64,000 nucleotides of DNA from positions 124,001 through 188,000 of the forward strand of contig JBLDXI010000023.1 of NCBI GenBank assembly GCA_047495785.1. The letters are read 5' to 3'. The DNA comes from Lepidodermella squamata. Its lineage: Eukaryota; Animalia; Gastrotricha. The translations under genes were made by a program, and so were the position numbers. The notes below the pieces were generated by a model, which was not told the origin of the DNA, ran no database searches, and was given only the letters and a program-made list of their open reading frames with translations. Positions 35,851 through 48,669 of the stretch are shown one piece after another (position 1 is the stretch's first letter; every line of letters begins with the position of its first letter).

Positions 35851-38762
35851 CTAAACATTCGCACTCGCTGAACTTTCCCGATACGGTTGAACGGCGACTA
35901 GTTTAGTAGCGGAGCTTAACCGCAATTGCGTCGCATGGCTCAATTGGCGAGCGAACAAAATGTTCATCGCCGCCGCAGAGTGGTGTCGCTGCACTTGATT
36001 GGGCACAAATCTGTTCAAATTCAGAACAAACATGTTGAGGCCGACCACGCAGATGACAAACGATGCGACGACGATTTGTAACGCCTCGCTGTCACTTGTC
36101 ATGAGAATAGCAACGAGGATTCCGGCCAGAATTGTCATGACTTGAAAGCGGACAAATATCATTGTTGGATAGAACTGCGATGCAACTGCCTTAATTCGAG
36201 CAGGAACCTTGAACGACTTGCACTTCTGTAACCATGGATTTCAAAAATATTTAGATACGTTAAGAGACCGAAGGGATCTGGTTTATCCTGATTTAAACCT
36301 GTAAATCATCAATTGCAACTCACCGCGTTGAGCTGGAAACTCTTAAAGCAAAGAAAAAGAATGCCGAGCGCATGCGCAGTCAGAATAGTAGCTGGAATCC
36401 CTATTGTTTCCTGGGTGTCCCAGTTGAGGTTCAGCTGGAGCCTGAATGGCAAATAGGCGATGCTTTCGTCACTAGAATACGTGCGAGACAGATTCACCAC
36501 GTCCACCTTGCCTAAACAGCCACTCGCTACAAAAGCTGCCATTAGGCCGGCATTCACCCCGAACCAAGCTGCGTTCAAAGCTATGAATTGAACCCTTGGA
36601 ATCCTGCAAACTTGTCGAGATGCCATGATTTTCAGCCCATGAATGACTTTGGTGACTGTGCCTGACATGACCAGGCCGAATCCACAGGTTAGAGAGAAGC
36701 AACCAGCTACGTATTGCCTTAACAACTTACGCGCATTTTCAGCGTCAATAGTTACTGAAAGAATGCAATAGCATAGCATTAGAGCGTTGCCTAGTAGGAT
36801 TAGGCAATCCTCTGGTTTCGAAATGTAGATCTCAGAACGATCACGCAGTGTCACAGACAATAATCCGACCAAGCAAACGAAACCGAAGCACGAAAAAACT
36901 AGGATGAGACGTTAAATAAGCTATTTTGCAGGAAATAAAACCTACCTAATATCGCCCAAGATGCAGAAATTCGAATTGATGGTTGAGTATATCTCACGAT
37001 ACGAACTGAATCCCCAGGCTTGACGTTACCCTCGGTCCGCCATATAGGACCGCCATTCAACGGGAATACCCCGTTGTCACTTGATCTGAAGTAGGCCATG
37101 ATGAAATTCTTTATCGACTTTCGTTCAGCGTCTTGATATCGCAGCTGCGAGAAGGTCATGGTGTAGCCGAGCGTATTTAGCGAAGTCTGGCGGTCAAATT
37201 TGAATGCGCCCTTGCTGCCATTGATGTGCATTGAGCTTATCGCATCTTTCATCAAACTGTGGAAGAATCGACCATTTTGCCGGAAATTCTCCGTCTCTGT
37301 TGTCCACTCTGATAGCGTCGAGTTGAGTGAGCCTCTCAGAGTGCGTTCAATTTTGTCGATTGCAAACCCGGTGAATTGAGCGACTTCGTAGCAGTCTGCC
37401 GACCATAAAGCGTAGCCAGGCGCTTGCTTAACGTCGTAGATCTTCGACTCCATAGCCGCTGTGAAATCTCCATCCGTAATTCCCAGGCTGTCCCGATAAT
37501 TAGGCCCGAAAATGTCGCTTTGCCTTGCGTAGGATACAAACACCCAACTCTCGATCACCTGGCTCAGCATAAACCTCGTGCACCACGATTGAACGTAGCT
37601 GGGGATCTGGGTGGTTGCCGGGTCGAAAATTGCCCAATCGCTGGCGAGAATGACGTAACTGGGTCCGTATAAGCCGTAGTGGTAAAGCCAGCACGCCAGG
37701 CTAACAGGCGCGTCCGTATTCGCGAGAATTATCCGAGGCTCAGACAATCGCATGGCACGAACTGCGGAAGACATCTCGGCTGCGTCCTCTGACAGGAAAG
37801 TTACTTTCCCAAGCCACGTGACAGTGATATTGAGTCTGCTCAGCATCGGAAGCGTGTATTTCTCAGCCTAATAATAAGACAGACGTTTTTTTGATGAAGG
37901 AAGAGATATAATTGAACTATGAAAAGCATTTGAAAAAATCGAGGCAAAAGTAATGCCAAGCTAATTCACGTGATGGGATCCTGAAATAGGAGACTCTTCG
38001 AGAAGCGCGCGATTTTACAATCTGAGAGCTGGATTTTTTCGAATTTGTCTCATCAGCGCTAAGTGGAGCAGCCACTTTTCATCGTATGTATGCCTCAAAA
38101 ACTCACGTCATTGAAATAAGGCAGGTCTTCGGAAAAAATCGCCAGCCTTCCCCAGCCGTTATAGAGCATGAAGTAAGCTAAAGCATCGTATTGGACGATT
38201 GGAGCGAAGAAAAGTTGGTAGACAGCATCGAAACGCGACGGCTGCGACAGCGCGGCCTCGTTTTGCATGTAAATGGTCACGGCGCTCATGTTGAGCTGTT
38301 TCAACGCCTGAGCGACAACAGACTGACCAACGGTAGGGCACCAACCACTTATGACAAGTGGGATTCGGTTGTTTGCATTTGGAGATACCAACTCGCGCAT
38401 CGTTTTGTTTATCGTTTCAGCATCGTCACACTGAGAATCGGGAATCGGATTGAAATTTTGTCATGACGCATCTATATGGTCCAATTTCTTACCAGATCAT
38501 TGATTACTTGGATTTCCAAGTCATAATTCTCGAGCCACGTGCCTTTCGCTTTGAATTGGTCCAGAGCGACCTCCATAGCCTTTGTGCAGAGGGGTCCGGC
38601 TGGGTAGCTTGATCCGCCATAATTCAAGTGGGCGAGGATACTCAATAGTGGGCGGGATAAGTTGCCCGAGCGGATCGGCCCATCATAAGTAGCGTTGTAG
38701 AAAACCTTGCTTGCAAATGCACCAGCGAGCAGGTTGACGATGAGAATAAAACTCGAAATCAT
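35851..38762 (-). CDS. Orphan class C GPCR, subfamily B copy 2 (5 exons, about 821 aa)
   Basis: Exons 38762-38493, 38430-38107, 37867-36946, 36898-36324, 36225-35851; same exon lengths as copy 1 except +3 nt in the last exon; in frame. Confidence 0.87.
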
Positions 38763-39269
38763 TGAAGCGTGATTGAAAGTTGAATGTGATTAAATCTACG
38801 GGGATAAGCTGCCGTAATTTGACACGCAACGCTATTTTCGTACTGTCATGTTGTCGGTGTTTCAAACAGACGCTGGAAATTTATGCTCGATTAGGCAGTC
38901 ATGAAACGATCAGATCGCGTCTTCATTACCTGGGACAGAATGCACTGGTGTAGCCGTACATTTGATGGCTGAGCATCTTTGTTCCTATAGGATTTGACCA
39001 AATGACCAAATCAATTACTTTTATTTTACGTCCTCCGTAGGCAAGAAAATTAGGTTTTCAATATTTTTGGCAATTATTAAAAAATTATCAACAATCGAAA
39101 CCCAAATAATTTATGAAACATACAAATCTGTATTATCAACTAACTATATACTCCTGTCTCCTGTGTCTATAAGGCAATGTTACTGATATATCAGTATAAC
39201 ACACAGACCGCCACTAAATCGGTTTCTCTCTCTCTCTCTTACCCGTGAGGGTTTAGGGGAAGGCTAATG

Positions 39270-39986
39270 CACATTTCCCCATCCGCCGGTGTTTCCTCCA
39301 CGCGCGCATTCCCATTGGTTGATTAAATTTACGCGTAACCGCACGTCGCGCGCATTTATTGCGCAATAAATAATTGCGGCTTTCTACGCGCATGCTGCAA
39401 AATCACAAGAAAACTACAAGTCAGCTAGCCCGAATTGAACAAGTCCAGTATATCATGTGAAGCGCGCGCATCGAGAGTACATTTTTCAATTAGTGCTTAG
39501 TACCAAGTTTCAAAAAATTGCGAATCAAGATGTGCGAGAAATAATGATGCCTTACAATCGACAGGGCGCTGAAAAATATTTCCAAGCAATCAATTTGATG
39601 TAGCGCGAAAATAATCAAATGGTTAGTCTCAAGATATATTTTGATGAAATTACCCCAAATTCACCGAAAATTGCTCGTGCCATCGGTGCGCGCTTTCGCA
39701 ATTTGTTGGGTTAAACTTGAATTTTGCGCGCGCACTATTTTCTATTTTCTGTTCAATCGATAAATATATCCAAATTTTGTCAAATTTTTCGACAACAAAA
39801 TCTGCCTTAATTTAAGCTTTTTCATTTTCTTGAAAGCATTTCGCTGACTCAGCGCAGGGCGCAGTCGTCCTTGCTCTCGTCCGTGCGCGCGCGCACGAAG
39901 GCTGTAATTATCTTAGTTGTTGCGCAACAAGGCCCAGCCAATAGGAGCGCGCGCGCGGAGGAAACACCGGCAGATGGGGAAATGTG
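39270..39986. mobile_element. MITE-like inverted-repeat element, copy 2
   Basis: Appears identical to 13262-13978 (offset 26008). Confidence 0.65.
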
Positions 39987-40946
39987 AAATGTGATGGCAG
40001 GCGATCGGTTTCAGGGGCTGATAGAACGGTCGCGAACATCTGCTTCTGTCCAAAAATTCATAAGTAACTTTCTGGTCAGGCTCAACCACTTTGATGATTA
40101 GTTTATTAATAAATTCATACATTAAAAAAAAACAAGCCGTATACTATCCAGCTTTAGTGAACGTTGAAGATGACCTTTACTGATCGTAAAGCGGAGGCGT
40201 CGTTTTGCCGTCGTTCATCGTCCATACTGGTGTAAATGACTTGTTCACCTTAAGAATTTGCTATCATTATTACCTAGTGTCTTATTACATCAGAGAAGCA
40301 TTTTTGGGATGATGCTTCATTTGCTGACGACGCTGTGACTTCTTTCGCACATCATCTCGATATTTATCGCTCTCCGGCGATGATTGTTTTGCGATGGTGT
40401 TTAGTCGATGAGATACCTCCTCGGGTTCTCCTTCGCCGTGTGAATGTAGGCATGAACTTCGAACATTTGCCTACGACTATACTTTAGTGTCAAATTCAGG
40501 TCTGGCTGTGCTCTACACAGGCATGTAATAAAAAAGCTAAACAGGTATTCATTAAGGCGAAATATGATACTGCATCAAGTTGGGCGGAGTACCTTTTAAG
40601 TATTTAGAAGGATACAGCTTAGCTGGTCAGAACATTCAACAATGTTGTTGTGTATGATATAATTCGAAGGCTAGATTACATCTGCCGCCTTAAACTATTA
40701 AACTGCTATTAAACTAAAGTCTGAAGTTGAGGTTACAGCATGCGATAGTAGCTGCGCTAATCGCTTGAAGCTCACGAATATGCTACTTACAGATCTCATC
40801 GGGAAATCTGACCTTCTATAAATTCATCCTATCGTCTCTTGTTCGAGTTTAACTTGTTCAAAGTCTTCGCAATGACCAATCAAACTCTATTTCGCATTGA
40901 TCTCCGCCTGGCAAGCAACTCATTTTCAATTACCATATCGCCTCAA

Positions 40947-41498
40947 ATTGGAACTGGGCTTATAACTTTTTGGTTGACCCCAAAATGTGCAAAAATGGGC
41001 TACTATTAGAGGGTGGGCTTATACAGTTGGAAATTCTTGAACCTCACAGCCTTGCCTTTATCAAGCAGCTTGCCCCTAGCAGCCCTGTGCCGTTTCCGGC
41101 CTGGGCTCAAGGTGCAGTCATTGTGCGCTGTTTTACGCCACTCACTCATTTGCTTTGTCGCCTAGCGGTGCACGCGGCCTCGGAGCCGTTCTTGCACTAT
41201 GCGGCGCAGTTCATTCCACAGACCAGCGAAGTGACAAGTGCGTATGTGATGTAATAGCCCGGGCTACTTTCTGAGAGTGGGTTTATGTATCCTGGCGCTG
41301 CTTTTACCCGGTCTACTAAATGAGGGTGGATTTCTATTTGAGGCGGTAATTAGGCTGTCGATAAAATAGGAAGCAGTGCCTAATAATTCTGTATGTAATA
41401 GACTGGATCTGTGAACAGTAAACATCTGTCACGCGTATTTATCCGGGTATAGTTTCGAGCTCCTAAGAACTATCTAGATCTATCTAGACCTACTTAGA
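40947..41498. mobile_element. About 550-bp insertion absent from the paralogous segment, probable TE fragment
   Basis: Copy 1 reads CCTCAA-gggac-TCTTAGAGC at about 17071-17090; here 552 bp intervene, with an internal repeated GGGCTACT..GAG.GTGGG.TTAT motif. Confidence 0.65.
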
Positions 41499-41764
41499 TC
41501 TTAGAGCAAGAGACTACATCCTTCGTTCTGCAGGTTTATCTAGCGATCTTTTTGTTTCTAACTTAATCGGCTGCGTCGAATATTGCTAATTTGCATGATT
41601 GACAAGAAATAGAAAAACTGAACACGATTCAGCAACTTCATCTCATGGAAAACTACACTTTCGGCTGCCCAATCAATCTAATTTGAGCTGCTTAGCACAC
41701 GATCTTTGCCAGGCTAAAGTTTTTTCTAGCCCCCGTGTATTAATATATAATTTCGATTTAGCAC

Positions 41765-42541
41765 ATGTTATTTCGGCTCATAGCAGCTGCTCTCTTGGCG
41801 GGATTGCCGCGGGCTGAAAAGCTGGATCTGAACGAACCTATCCCCGATCTACTGGTTTCGCCTCGAGCGAGTCAAAACCGAACATTGATGACGTTGATAA
41901 CCAGCTCGGCATATACTGGTTTCTACCCGGGTGGACCTTTGTGTACAGTTGCTCAGATTTCAGCATTCGACAATTTGAGAAAGATGCCGAATTGGCTGCC
42001 CGAATACGAAATTGGGCTCGAATATCTTGACGATGCGGTGAGTAACCCCAAACATCTCATTGAGAGGCATGTGAGTACTATTTGTTCGCTGCTCTCATCA
42101 GTGCGACGACGGTCTTGCGATAAACGGGCTCATGACTAAGCTACTTGCATCGGAAAGTGCACACAACCGTTTCCCTCTCGTTCTTACAGCTGAGTGCGGT
42201 GCAGCCTCTCAAGACCTGACATCTTTACTATTGCCCCATTTCGATCACGTTGGGGTAGGTTTTTGCTAAAAATCTTACCTAAGTGTATATAAGTTTAGTA
42301 CTATATCGCTGCAGATTGCTTTCTATCCGCTAACGCTACAATTGATAGAAAATCGAAAGAGAAACTCTAATTTTTTAGCAATTGGCGACAGACCAGATTG
42401 CTATTTTCCGGCCCTGTCGGACTTCCTTCATGCCATGGGCTGGACTAAGGTTGCTATTCTGTCAGAAGCCATTCCTTACTACACACTGGCAAGTTTTTTC
42501 ACTTTGGGTTCGAATTTCGCTCATCTGACTGATCAGTTTAA
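41765..42541 (+). pseudogene. Subfamily C GPCR copy 2, exons 1-3 only
   Basis: Exons 41765-42037, 42102-42254 and 42315-42488 are nearly identical to copy 1; homology ends at the TTAA (42538-42541) in intron 3. Confidence 0.88.
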
Positions 42542-45046
42542 CTCATTGACTGCCAAGGCCCCGATACATCGGTTTCTCCCAGGAGAAACACTAATACCTC
42601 CACTAATATTTGAAATGTGCTGGTCCACTGTGTAAACAACGGGCGCGCATGCATGCGCGGGGTAACAATGTAAACAGTAAACACGCAATGTGCGCTGCAG
42701 TCACGTGACGGCGTTCGCTTTGTAAAAATGAGAAATCAATCAGAGAGAAATAATTCGAATTATCACGCCTTTTATGGCGAGAATGGTGCCTGGAATTTTC
42801 AATATAATATTTTGAGGATTCTAATTTCGGATTTTTTATTATGGCACTAACTATTCACTATGATTTAGAAAGAGTTTTCTGCCAGTTTTGCTTTGCCGCT
42901 GTCATGTTCTCATTTTTGAAGTCCGCTTCAAAGTAATAATTTTATCTGTAGACGATGTAAAAAAACTCAGCTTACTTCAGCATGAAAGCATTTTACTTCG
43001 ACAATTTCAGAGCGAAGAGCGATAGCTGATGATTTATTTCGATGAATTATTTCTAAATTGTGTTTCTTTGCTTTATTCCGAATGCAACCCGCAAATAATT
43101 TCCAAATGCTACAACAAATACAATATAAACCATAAAAACAGACAAAAATAAAGCAAGACAGAGTAGATGAACTGCTCAGAAAATGACGCCTCAGAAGTCC
43201 GTGAAGAGGCGAATCCGGAGACAGGCCTTGCGAGTTCTCGGCTAGAAACATGAAAAGAGGAAGCGGCGGCGGTGCGGCGATGACGGCCGGTTCAAAAGCT
43301 GATAGCTCAACCGGAGTAATGGCAGGATAGAAGGACGTGGTCGAGAATAAACACGACGTCGGCCTGCGGTATGGGCAACAACGCCACCAACAGCGAATAG
43401 GCAGCGCTCAGCAGCGCAGTTGTTGGGAATGAGCTTTCGAGCGGCGCAAAAAATGACGCCGTAGGCGAGGGCGATCACAGCCAAGGTCGTGACAAAACCA
43501 CCAGGCAATGTAGCAACAATTCCGACGAAATCGCCGCTCATTTTTCGGCAGCGACCGTCGATGCTGTTGGCAATTTTATCGCGCCGATGTAGTCGCGCAG
43601 AACAAGTCGTTGTAGTAATTTTCGTTGTATTCGTCGATGATCATGACATTTCGAGCAGTACTGCAAATCTGGCAGTAACCGGGCGTTCGGAATCAATAGT
43701 TGATTTATCGCTTGTTGAACACATTCATCTGGTGCCATTTGTTGAAGCAGGTGTTCATGTGAAAAGCAGGATGAGAACCGTCCTCTTTCGGTTGGCAAGC
43801 CAGGCACCAATGTGAAACCCTGCCGCCGCAGTTCATACAAGGGCGCTCTTTTTTACCAGGCATTTTGGTAAGGTCATGAATCTCGGCTTTTGAGTTGCTG
43901 CTGGAAGAATCGTTGCTTTTTGATGAATCGAAGGACTCAGAACTCGCCACTGAGCCATCCTCTCCGATCATTCCGATCAGAGCTCTAATGACTGCTAAGC
44001 GAAATTCAAGAAGCGACATCCGAGAGGTATTTCCGCTTTGCAACTTGAAGAATTGATGGGCAGCAATCATGCCGCTCTCAAGAATCCTGAAGAAAATTTT
44101 TCGATACCATTTATACGACTTCCTATTTGCATCATAGTACGCGGCCTGAAAAAATGTGAAAAGATAAAATATTTACGAATAGCTCAAATATGTTTGCTCA
44201 CATTTTGATCGTGACAATCCACCGCATTCATTGATTTATTGTATTGATCGACAATGAGAGGTTTCATGACAGTCTTGATCCTTTTAGCCGGTGGCTCGCC
44301 CATACGCGGTGCCGCATCGTCATCGTCGTCGAGTTTGCGCTTCAGGCCGGTTTCAGACTCAACATCCTCCTCCTCTCCATCTTCGCTATCGCCCTCTGAA
44401 TCCGAAGCTAGGAAGTACTTGGACATGGCAGAATCGTTGTCGCCGCTATCATCGCCGTCAAATTCGGCTTCTGAATCCACTTCCACTCCGGTAGAATCTG
44501 CCTCAATCTCTTGATATACCGAACTTTGCCCTGTTTGCGTTTCATTGTGCTCGATGACCCGTTGAATTCGAGCCGGAAGGGTAATCGGAATCATTTCTGG
44601 GGCAAACTCAGTCGATAGCATAAGTACTTCGCGATTGTCCTTCCACTTGAGTACATTGATATCGTCTTGTCTTCGGCAAATTATTTCACCTGTCTTCAAG
44701 CTAGCTTGAACCACTTCGGGCGGGTTTCCGACACGGTTTTTTTTCAGTGTTCCGGTTAGGTGAGTTAGATTAGCCAATAGGTATTTAGCGAGTTCGACGG
44801 AAGTGTAAAAATTGTCGACAAAAAGCGAGTGTCCCTTGCCAAGAAGGTATTTGATGAGTGATTTCACGACTGAAAATGTGTGGCCTTTGCCAGAAATAAT
44901 ATCATCTTGAACATTATCCGCGCCTGAGTAGACATGGAAGCGAAGAGGGATTCCAGTTGATGACTCACATAGCATATAGATCTGTAAAATAGCAGATTGA
45001 AAACCAAGGTTTTCACACTAGTCTCTAGTCTCACTAGATCGAACCT

Positions 45047-45224
45047 TCGAAATTTAAAATTTTAGCTTCGAAATTAAAATTGTGGCTTCAAAAAGTAAAA
45101 TCCTAGCTTCGAAATTAAAACTGTGGCTTCAAAATGTAAAATCCTAGCTTCGAAATTAAAATTTTAGCTTCGAAAAGTAAAATCCTAGCTTCGAAATTAA
45201 AATTATGGCTTCGAAAGTAAAATA
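45047..45224. repeat. Minisatellite, 20-21 bp unit, about 8-9 copies, in the transposase intron
   Basis: Variants of TTCGAAATTAAAATTTTAGC / TTCAAAAAGTAAAATCCTAGC. Confidence 0.85.
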
Positions 45225-45247
45225 TTGGCAAGAGTTCTATTCCGATA

Positions 45248-45436
45248 GGGTGTGTTTTTATATTCACTCCGGAATTTCGGGAAGCTCAGGTGTAGGCACC
45301 GGATGACAGCTTTTTCGATGTAAACACCAGAGGTTTTCGGGCAATGAAGTCTTCTACACAGCTCCAAATTTTCATTTCAAGGTGAGCTTCAGAAGTGGGC
45401 GACCCGAAAATTCGGGGTGAATAAAAAAACACACCC
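45248..45436. mobile_element. PIF/Harbinger-like MITE (189 bp) inside the transposase intron
   Basis: ATA|GGGTGTGTTTTT...AAAAAACACACCC|ATA: about 34-bp imperfect TIR and a 3-bp TSD. Confidence 0.75.
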
Positions 45437-45974
45437 ATAGAATCCGAGATTTGGGTATTATAATTTTCAAGAATATCACTTCACGCATATACGGATTTTT
45501 TTGTTATTTTTCTGAGCCGTTATTCTGCTCCAGAATTCCAGAAATAACGGCTGCTTATTCTATGTCTTTTATAGCCAAAATATAAGTCGTAAAATGACAG
45601 CAAAGCTGAAAGTAAAGGGAGTAAAGGAAGTAAAGGAAAGGTTCTCCAGATATTTTGATATTTTCGAATTTTTTCATTTTTTTATTTTCATTGCCTAGCG
45701 TTTTGATGAAAAATTAAAGAAAAACGGTTTTATGATTTTTGTGGGGTTCTGTCTCAAGTAAAACATGGCCATAAATTGTCTCAAAAATGCCGCTTTAAAA
45801 TTAAAATTGCATTCCGATTTTGATATATATATATTGATATATTTCATTTTATAGAACCTTTGACCTATCTTACCTTTATACCGAACTTCGCCTTTTTCGC
45901 CTTGTTGTACGACTTGAATGCCAGCCTTCCCTTGAAAAGCACTTGAGATTCATCGATTGCCAGATTGCCAGATT

Positions 45975-46760
45975 GCCCTAAGGTCGAACATCGTCGCCCT
46001 GTTAGGATGTCTGACACTCAACTCCTCTGCGATACTCCTCACTTACGAGCCAGTGCCATCTATTCAAATCTCAAGTTTCATGCTGCTAGGCCTAGGTGTA
46101 TCTTTAATTTGCAGTAGTTCAACAGCGCGTTTGTTTATATGGAACGCCAACGCGAGGAAATCGAACGAGCAAGTATCGAGGTCTGCTTTTCGCAGCACAG
46201 TGCGAACTTCACGGAGATTCACCTCTGTCGAAGTACAGTTCGATCATCGAGTCTCACAGGTGGTACACCCTCAGAATGATCAGCTCGACGTGAATATCCT
46301 AGGCTTTAGCCTTGCGCTGTTTGTTCCAAGCGCATGCCTTTTAGCAGCGTGGATTGTTCTGTCTAATTCGGCTTGCCTACAAGTCTTAGCTTCCCCCGCA
46401 ACTTACGATCACCTATTAGATACAATTGAGCAAGTATGGGTTGTTAGGTGTTCGATGAGCTCAATGAGTTTAGCCCTGCTCGGTGCTGTTGGGGCAGTTA
46501 ATATGGTTTTGCTTCTGATCAGCATCTTTTCAGCTTACGAATTGAAGCAAGTGCGGGGTTTGCACCGCAGCGACTTCATATCGACTTGCATCTCTGTTGT
46601 GATTTTCGCTAGTTTGCTACCTGCTGGGCTGCTAATCGCGATCTTACTCGCCGATGATACAACAAGGCAGTGGTCAGCCATTAGCTTCTTGGCGTTGATT
46701 TTGTCTCTTTCGCAATCTGCGGCTATAATTTTTAACCGCAAGCAGCCCCATGCAGATTGA
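45975..46760 (+). pseudogene. 3' part (TM2-TM7) of a subfamily A GPCR
   Basis: The first about 370 bp are nearly identical to about 26385-26756; it then continues through TM7 to its own tail RKQPHAD. The 5' part is deleted. Confidence 0.88.
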
Positions 46761-46985
46761 CTCTCAGATTGACATGTTGCTTTTCATCCTCTAAAGCGAT
46801 GAGACCAGCATCCCCGCTAAAAGCAGCCGAGCCTTGTGAGCTAATATGATTGTCAGTGATTGTAGTTTCAAGACAACTCTATGGGACAATTATAGGAGAC
46901 TGTTTATTCAGGCTATATCGCACTCACGTTGGAAAAATAATTGTCGAAAGTAAAAATGTTCATCTAGACAAATGCGTAAAAATGC

Positions 46986-48149
46986 CTAATTAACCAGCAC
47001 TGCATAAGTTACGAAGTTAGTAACAAAGTAAATCGAGATGGTGAGTACAAAAACAACAGCATCAATTACCACCCATAATTTTTGCTGCTTTTTGAAGCAT
47101 CGAAATGTACAGGTTTTCCCGGCGATATCCGGGAACAACGCGATAAAGCCACACATAGCAGAGGCGTAGACAACACAACCAGTAGCTAAGACGATCTGCG
47201 ACAAGCTGTAAGTCGCTGCGATAACCGGCCGGGGTGTTTTCGGTAAGTTTCTCTGGATGTTGTCCTGGAGGACGAAGATCGACAACATGACAGTGCAGGC
47301 GAAAGTTGGCCGATCCGGAGCTTCGGCTGGTATTAGAAACGACGAAAGTACTAGTAAGCTTAGGATAAAGCTCGGCGCGTAAAGATTCGCTAAATAATAG
47401 TCTGGTTTCCGCGTGAATTCGAAGGTGAAAACTGCCCCTGAGAAGTTGGACGTCCTGCCGGATCGAACGGGTCTTGTATACGAGCTTCGTTTCGTTTCAT
47501 CATGCCCCCAGCCTGAATTCATCTTCAAAAATATACCATCGTAGTCAATGAACGACGTGTTTGCGATTATCGAAAAAATCTGGCTCTGCATTATCAAGAA
47601 AGTGACTTCACAGCGTTGAACATCGAAAGGAAAGTGCGTGACGTCAAGATTACAGTATGACGCGAACTTCCCCGTTATTATTATCGATACGCGTCCTTTG
47701 TTAGCCGGCAATACTCGCAGCATTCTAGCGAAGCCGTCGATTAGGGCCGGGCTAGAGATTGAGTTTGTGTGGTAAAGCGTCGGAAACCAGTACAAGCTCG
47801 GGTCCTCCTTCGTCAGATCTTTGAATTTCGCCGGCCATTGAACGTTGCCTGATATCGATATGTTGTTGTAGAGATTAGCTACGCATTGCGATTCGTATTC
47901 AACAGCAAGGGCTGCGTCCAACGTGAAGGTCTCTTGCACGTCGTCGATATCAAGGAAAAGTCTAGGCTGCATTGCGAGGTAAACCTTAGTTGGTGTATCG
48001 CTTAATTCATCGGGCGAGTTTACTGTCGGGCCGATTCTACAATTGCTCAGGATTGTTTCAGTCGGTCGGAAGTTAAGTAAGCTCAATTCATCTTGTGATA
48101 AAGCGGCGCCAGTTGTGAAGGAGATAAGAGAGATGAATAGTCTGAACAT
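46986..48149 (-). CDS. Divergent intronless Cys-loop ligand-gated ion channel subunit, 387 aa (paralog of 2904-4067)
   Basis: Start at MFRLFISL gives a signal peptide and the same 1164-nt length as the paralog. Cys-loop CNLDVTHFPFDVQRC; M1-M2 nearly identical. Confidence 0.92.
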   Translation of the reverse strand: MFRLFISLISFTTGAALSQDELSLLNFRPTETILSNCRIGPTVNSPDELSDTPTKVYLAMQPRLFLDIDDVQETFTLDAALAVEYESQCVANLYNNISISGNVQWPAKFKDLTKEDPSLYWFPTLYHTNSISSPALIDGFARMLRVLPANKGRVSIIITGKFASYCNLDVTHFPFDVQRCEVTFLIMQSQIFSIIANTSFIDYDGIFLKMNSGWGHDETKRSSYTRPVRSGRTSNFSGAVFTFEFTRKPDYYLANLYAPSFILSLLVLSSFLIPAEAPDRPTFACTVMLSIFVLQDNIQRNLPKTPRPVIAATYSLSQIVLATGCVVYASAMCGFIALFPDIAGKTCTFRCFKKQQKLWVVIDAVVFVLTISIYFVTNFVTYAVLVN

Positions 48150-48669
48150 GATTTTTCGTCGAGTGAAAAAATTAAATATGTCATCGTGAGGTTCCCGCAT
48201 CGCGAAGAATCGATTTAACAAATATTTGAATCCTGAAAAAGCAATATTGCTTGCTATTTTCGTGCGATCTTTCATTGTTTACAAATGTGTTCGATTTTTG
48301 AGCTCGCTGCAAACGGATTAGCAACATGGATGATAGCTCGGATCATTGCTCGTGGAACAAATTGCGTTTTCTAACGTTGTGATCGTGGCATCGTGGTTAT
48401 CTTTTTCCGGATGCGTCAGAATACTTGCTTTGTATGCTAATAACTAACCAGTACCTGTGTGTTAACGAATCCTCTTCTGTACTCATTAGCAGAGCGTCTA
48501 CCTATTGCACGCTATTTATTAGTCTTTAAGCATATGGTTTACTTCACGTTGAATAAGGTGAATAAGGTCAGCACAGAACGGAAAGCTTCTTGAGACTTGA
48601 ATGGAACAAATTTGATTGCTACGACCAATTTTTGCCCTCAAGTGTACAACAAGTTATTGAGAAATTAAT

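Larger units (their letters stand above)
42542..45962 (-). mobile_element. 5'-truncated piggyBac DNA transposon
   Basis: Begins TTAA|CTCATTGACTGCC at a site that is an empty TTAA in copy 1 (18110-18113). Encodes a piggyBac transposase on the minus strand; the other end is deleted. Confidence 0.9.
43705..45962 (-). pseudogene. piggyBac (PGBD-type) transposase, spliced, N-terminus missing
   Basis: Exons about 45962-45874 (LAIDESQVLFKGR...KFGIK), 44981-44202 (DNFYTS...VDCHDQN) and 44145-43705 (KWYRKIFF...CMNC...CLAC...H..CF..WH), joined by phase-0 GT-AG introns. Confidence 0.88.

Noticed and set aside
43180-43700. Second gene carried in the 3' part of the piggyBac
   Set aside because: GC-rich and codon-like, but the plus frames are interrupted by stops and the 99-aa minus ORF has no recognisable homology.
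45047-45224. CRISPR-like array
   Set aside because: Head-to-tail degenerate units without unique spacers, inside a eukaryotic intron, with no cas genes.
48150-48275. Longer N-terminus of the second Cys-loop channel, as in the ORF track
   Set aside because: The ATG at 48149 gives a proper signal peptide and exactly the paralog's length.
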